A model generated the notes under the pieces. It searched no databases and was not told the origin of the DNA. It saw only the letters and a list, made by a program, of their open reading frames with translations. A stretch of 63,728 bases of DNA, filler included, from Octopus bimaculoides (lineage: Eukaryota): NCBI RefSeq assembly GCF_001194135.2. It is 4 parts of 4 records of this genome, joined end to end, with 100 filler letters (N's around TTAATTAATTAA, not from the genome) between each part and the next. Parts side by side here need not be neighbours in the genome. Positions count along the whole stretch, not along the records: positions 52,215 to 63,728 come from NC_068990.1; 3 more parts are not named here. One strand, 5' to 3'. Shown here piece after piece: positions 62,926 to 63,728 of this stretch. Positions within the stretch are counted from its first letter, which is position 1; each line of letters starts with the position of its first letter. The position numbers were made by a program, and so were the translations under genes.

Positions 62926-63442
62926 GGTTGGGAAATTAGTAAGGTGTACATCCTATATTCTAGTTTTCTGCTTTTACTTATTTTCAAGGATTTTCTTTTG
63001 TTCTTCATATTTTCACTCTGTATGAGAGCAAAGTTATAATCCATTCTTCATATATCGCAATGGACACTTTTCCCTTTTAAGATGTGATTTTTATACATCT
63101 AATGTAAAGTATGGTGATAGAAGAATTATTGAAACAGCTGTAGGAATGAACACACATACATAAGAGATGTACGGTCTCAGCATTGTAAGATATATATTTA
63201 AAATCATTGTGAATAAATCAGTGTTAATACATATGCAGAAGTTGGACACATGTGCTTCAGAATAAGCATGTCAATACTGCTAACTTCAAGATATTTTCTC
63301 ATTGAAAATATTCAAAAGAGAATTAAAAGTAGGGTGATAGCACCAATATCAATGTGAATAAAGTAGAACAGAATGAAAGCATCAAGAATATACTATGAGA
63401 AGCAGATATATATGAATAAAATCGCACACTTATACAAGCACA

Positions 63443-63728
63443 TCATCATCATCATCGTTTAACGTCCGCCTTCCATGCTAGCATGGGTTGGACGATTTGA
63501 CTGAGGACTGGTGAAACCGGATGGCAACACCAGGCTCCAATCTAATTTGGCAGAGTTTCTACAGCTGGATGCCCTTCCTAACGCCAACCACTCAGAGAGT
63601 GTAGTGGGTGCTTTTACGTGTCACCCGCATGAAAACGGCCACGCTCGAAATGGTGTCTTTTATGTGCCACCCGCACAAGAGCCAGTCCAGGGGCACTGGC
63701 AACGATCTCGCTCGAAGGATTTCGTGTG
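63443..63728 (-). mobile_element. Young (ATC)n-tailed RTE-associated repeat (3' end)
   Basis: catcatcatcgtttaacgtccgccttccatgctagcatgggttggacg..ggatgcccttcctaacgccaacc; CpGs intact. Confidence 0.75.

Overview
AT-rich, gappy eukaryotic genomic scaffold dominated by microsatellites and transposon debris. The SINE families and simple-repeat load point to a coleoid cephalopod, most likely Octopus (inference, no search run). No intact long CDS, rRNA, tRNA gene or CRISPR array is supported, and most listed ORFs are translations of simple repeats or N-gaps. Recognisable elements: at least four tRNA-derived SINE families; a decayed Penelope-like retroelement (RT + GIY-YIG, minus strand, 16.0-18.1 kb) with a hammerhead-ribozyme fold at its 3' end; a Gypsy pol remnant split by a MITE; a full-length decayed Tc1 with TIRs; mariner, RTE, CR1/Crack, R4/Dong and Helitron fragments; and several MITEs and long palindromes. 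Leads most worth following: (i) hammerhead-like motifs in three repeat families; (ii) a CpG-depletion boundary near 52.5-53 kb, recorded in the SINE copies themselves and suggesting a methylated gene-body domain; (iii) a textbook 123-nt intron at 33875-33997 joining a Cys-rich reading frame; (iv) a few orphan exon/ORF candidates. Several duplications next to gaps and three TTAATTAATTAA linkers look like assembly artefacts. I cannot establish a wholly new biological system from the sequence alone. Coordinates were read by eye, and repeat boundaries may be off by a few to tens of bases.
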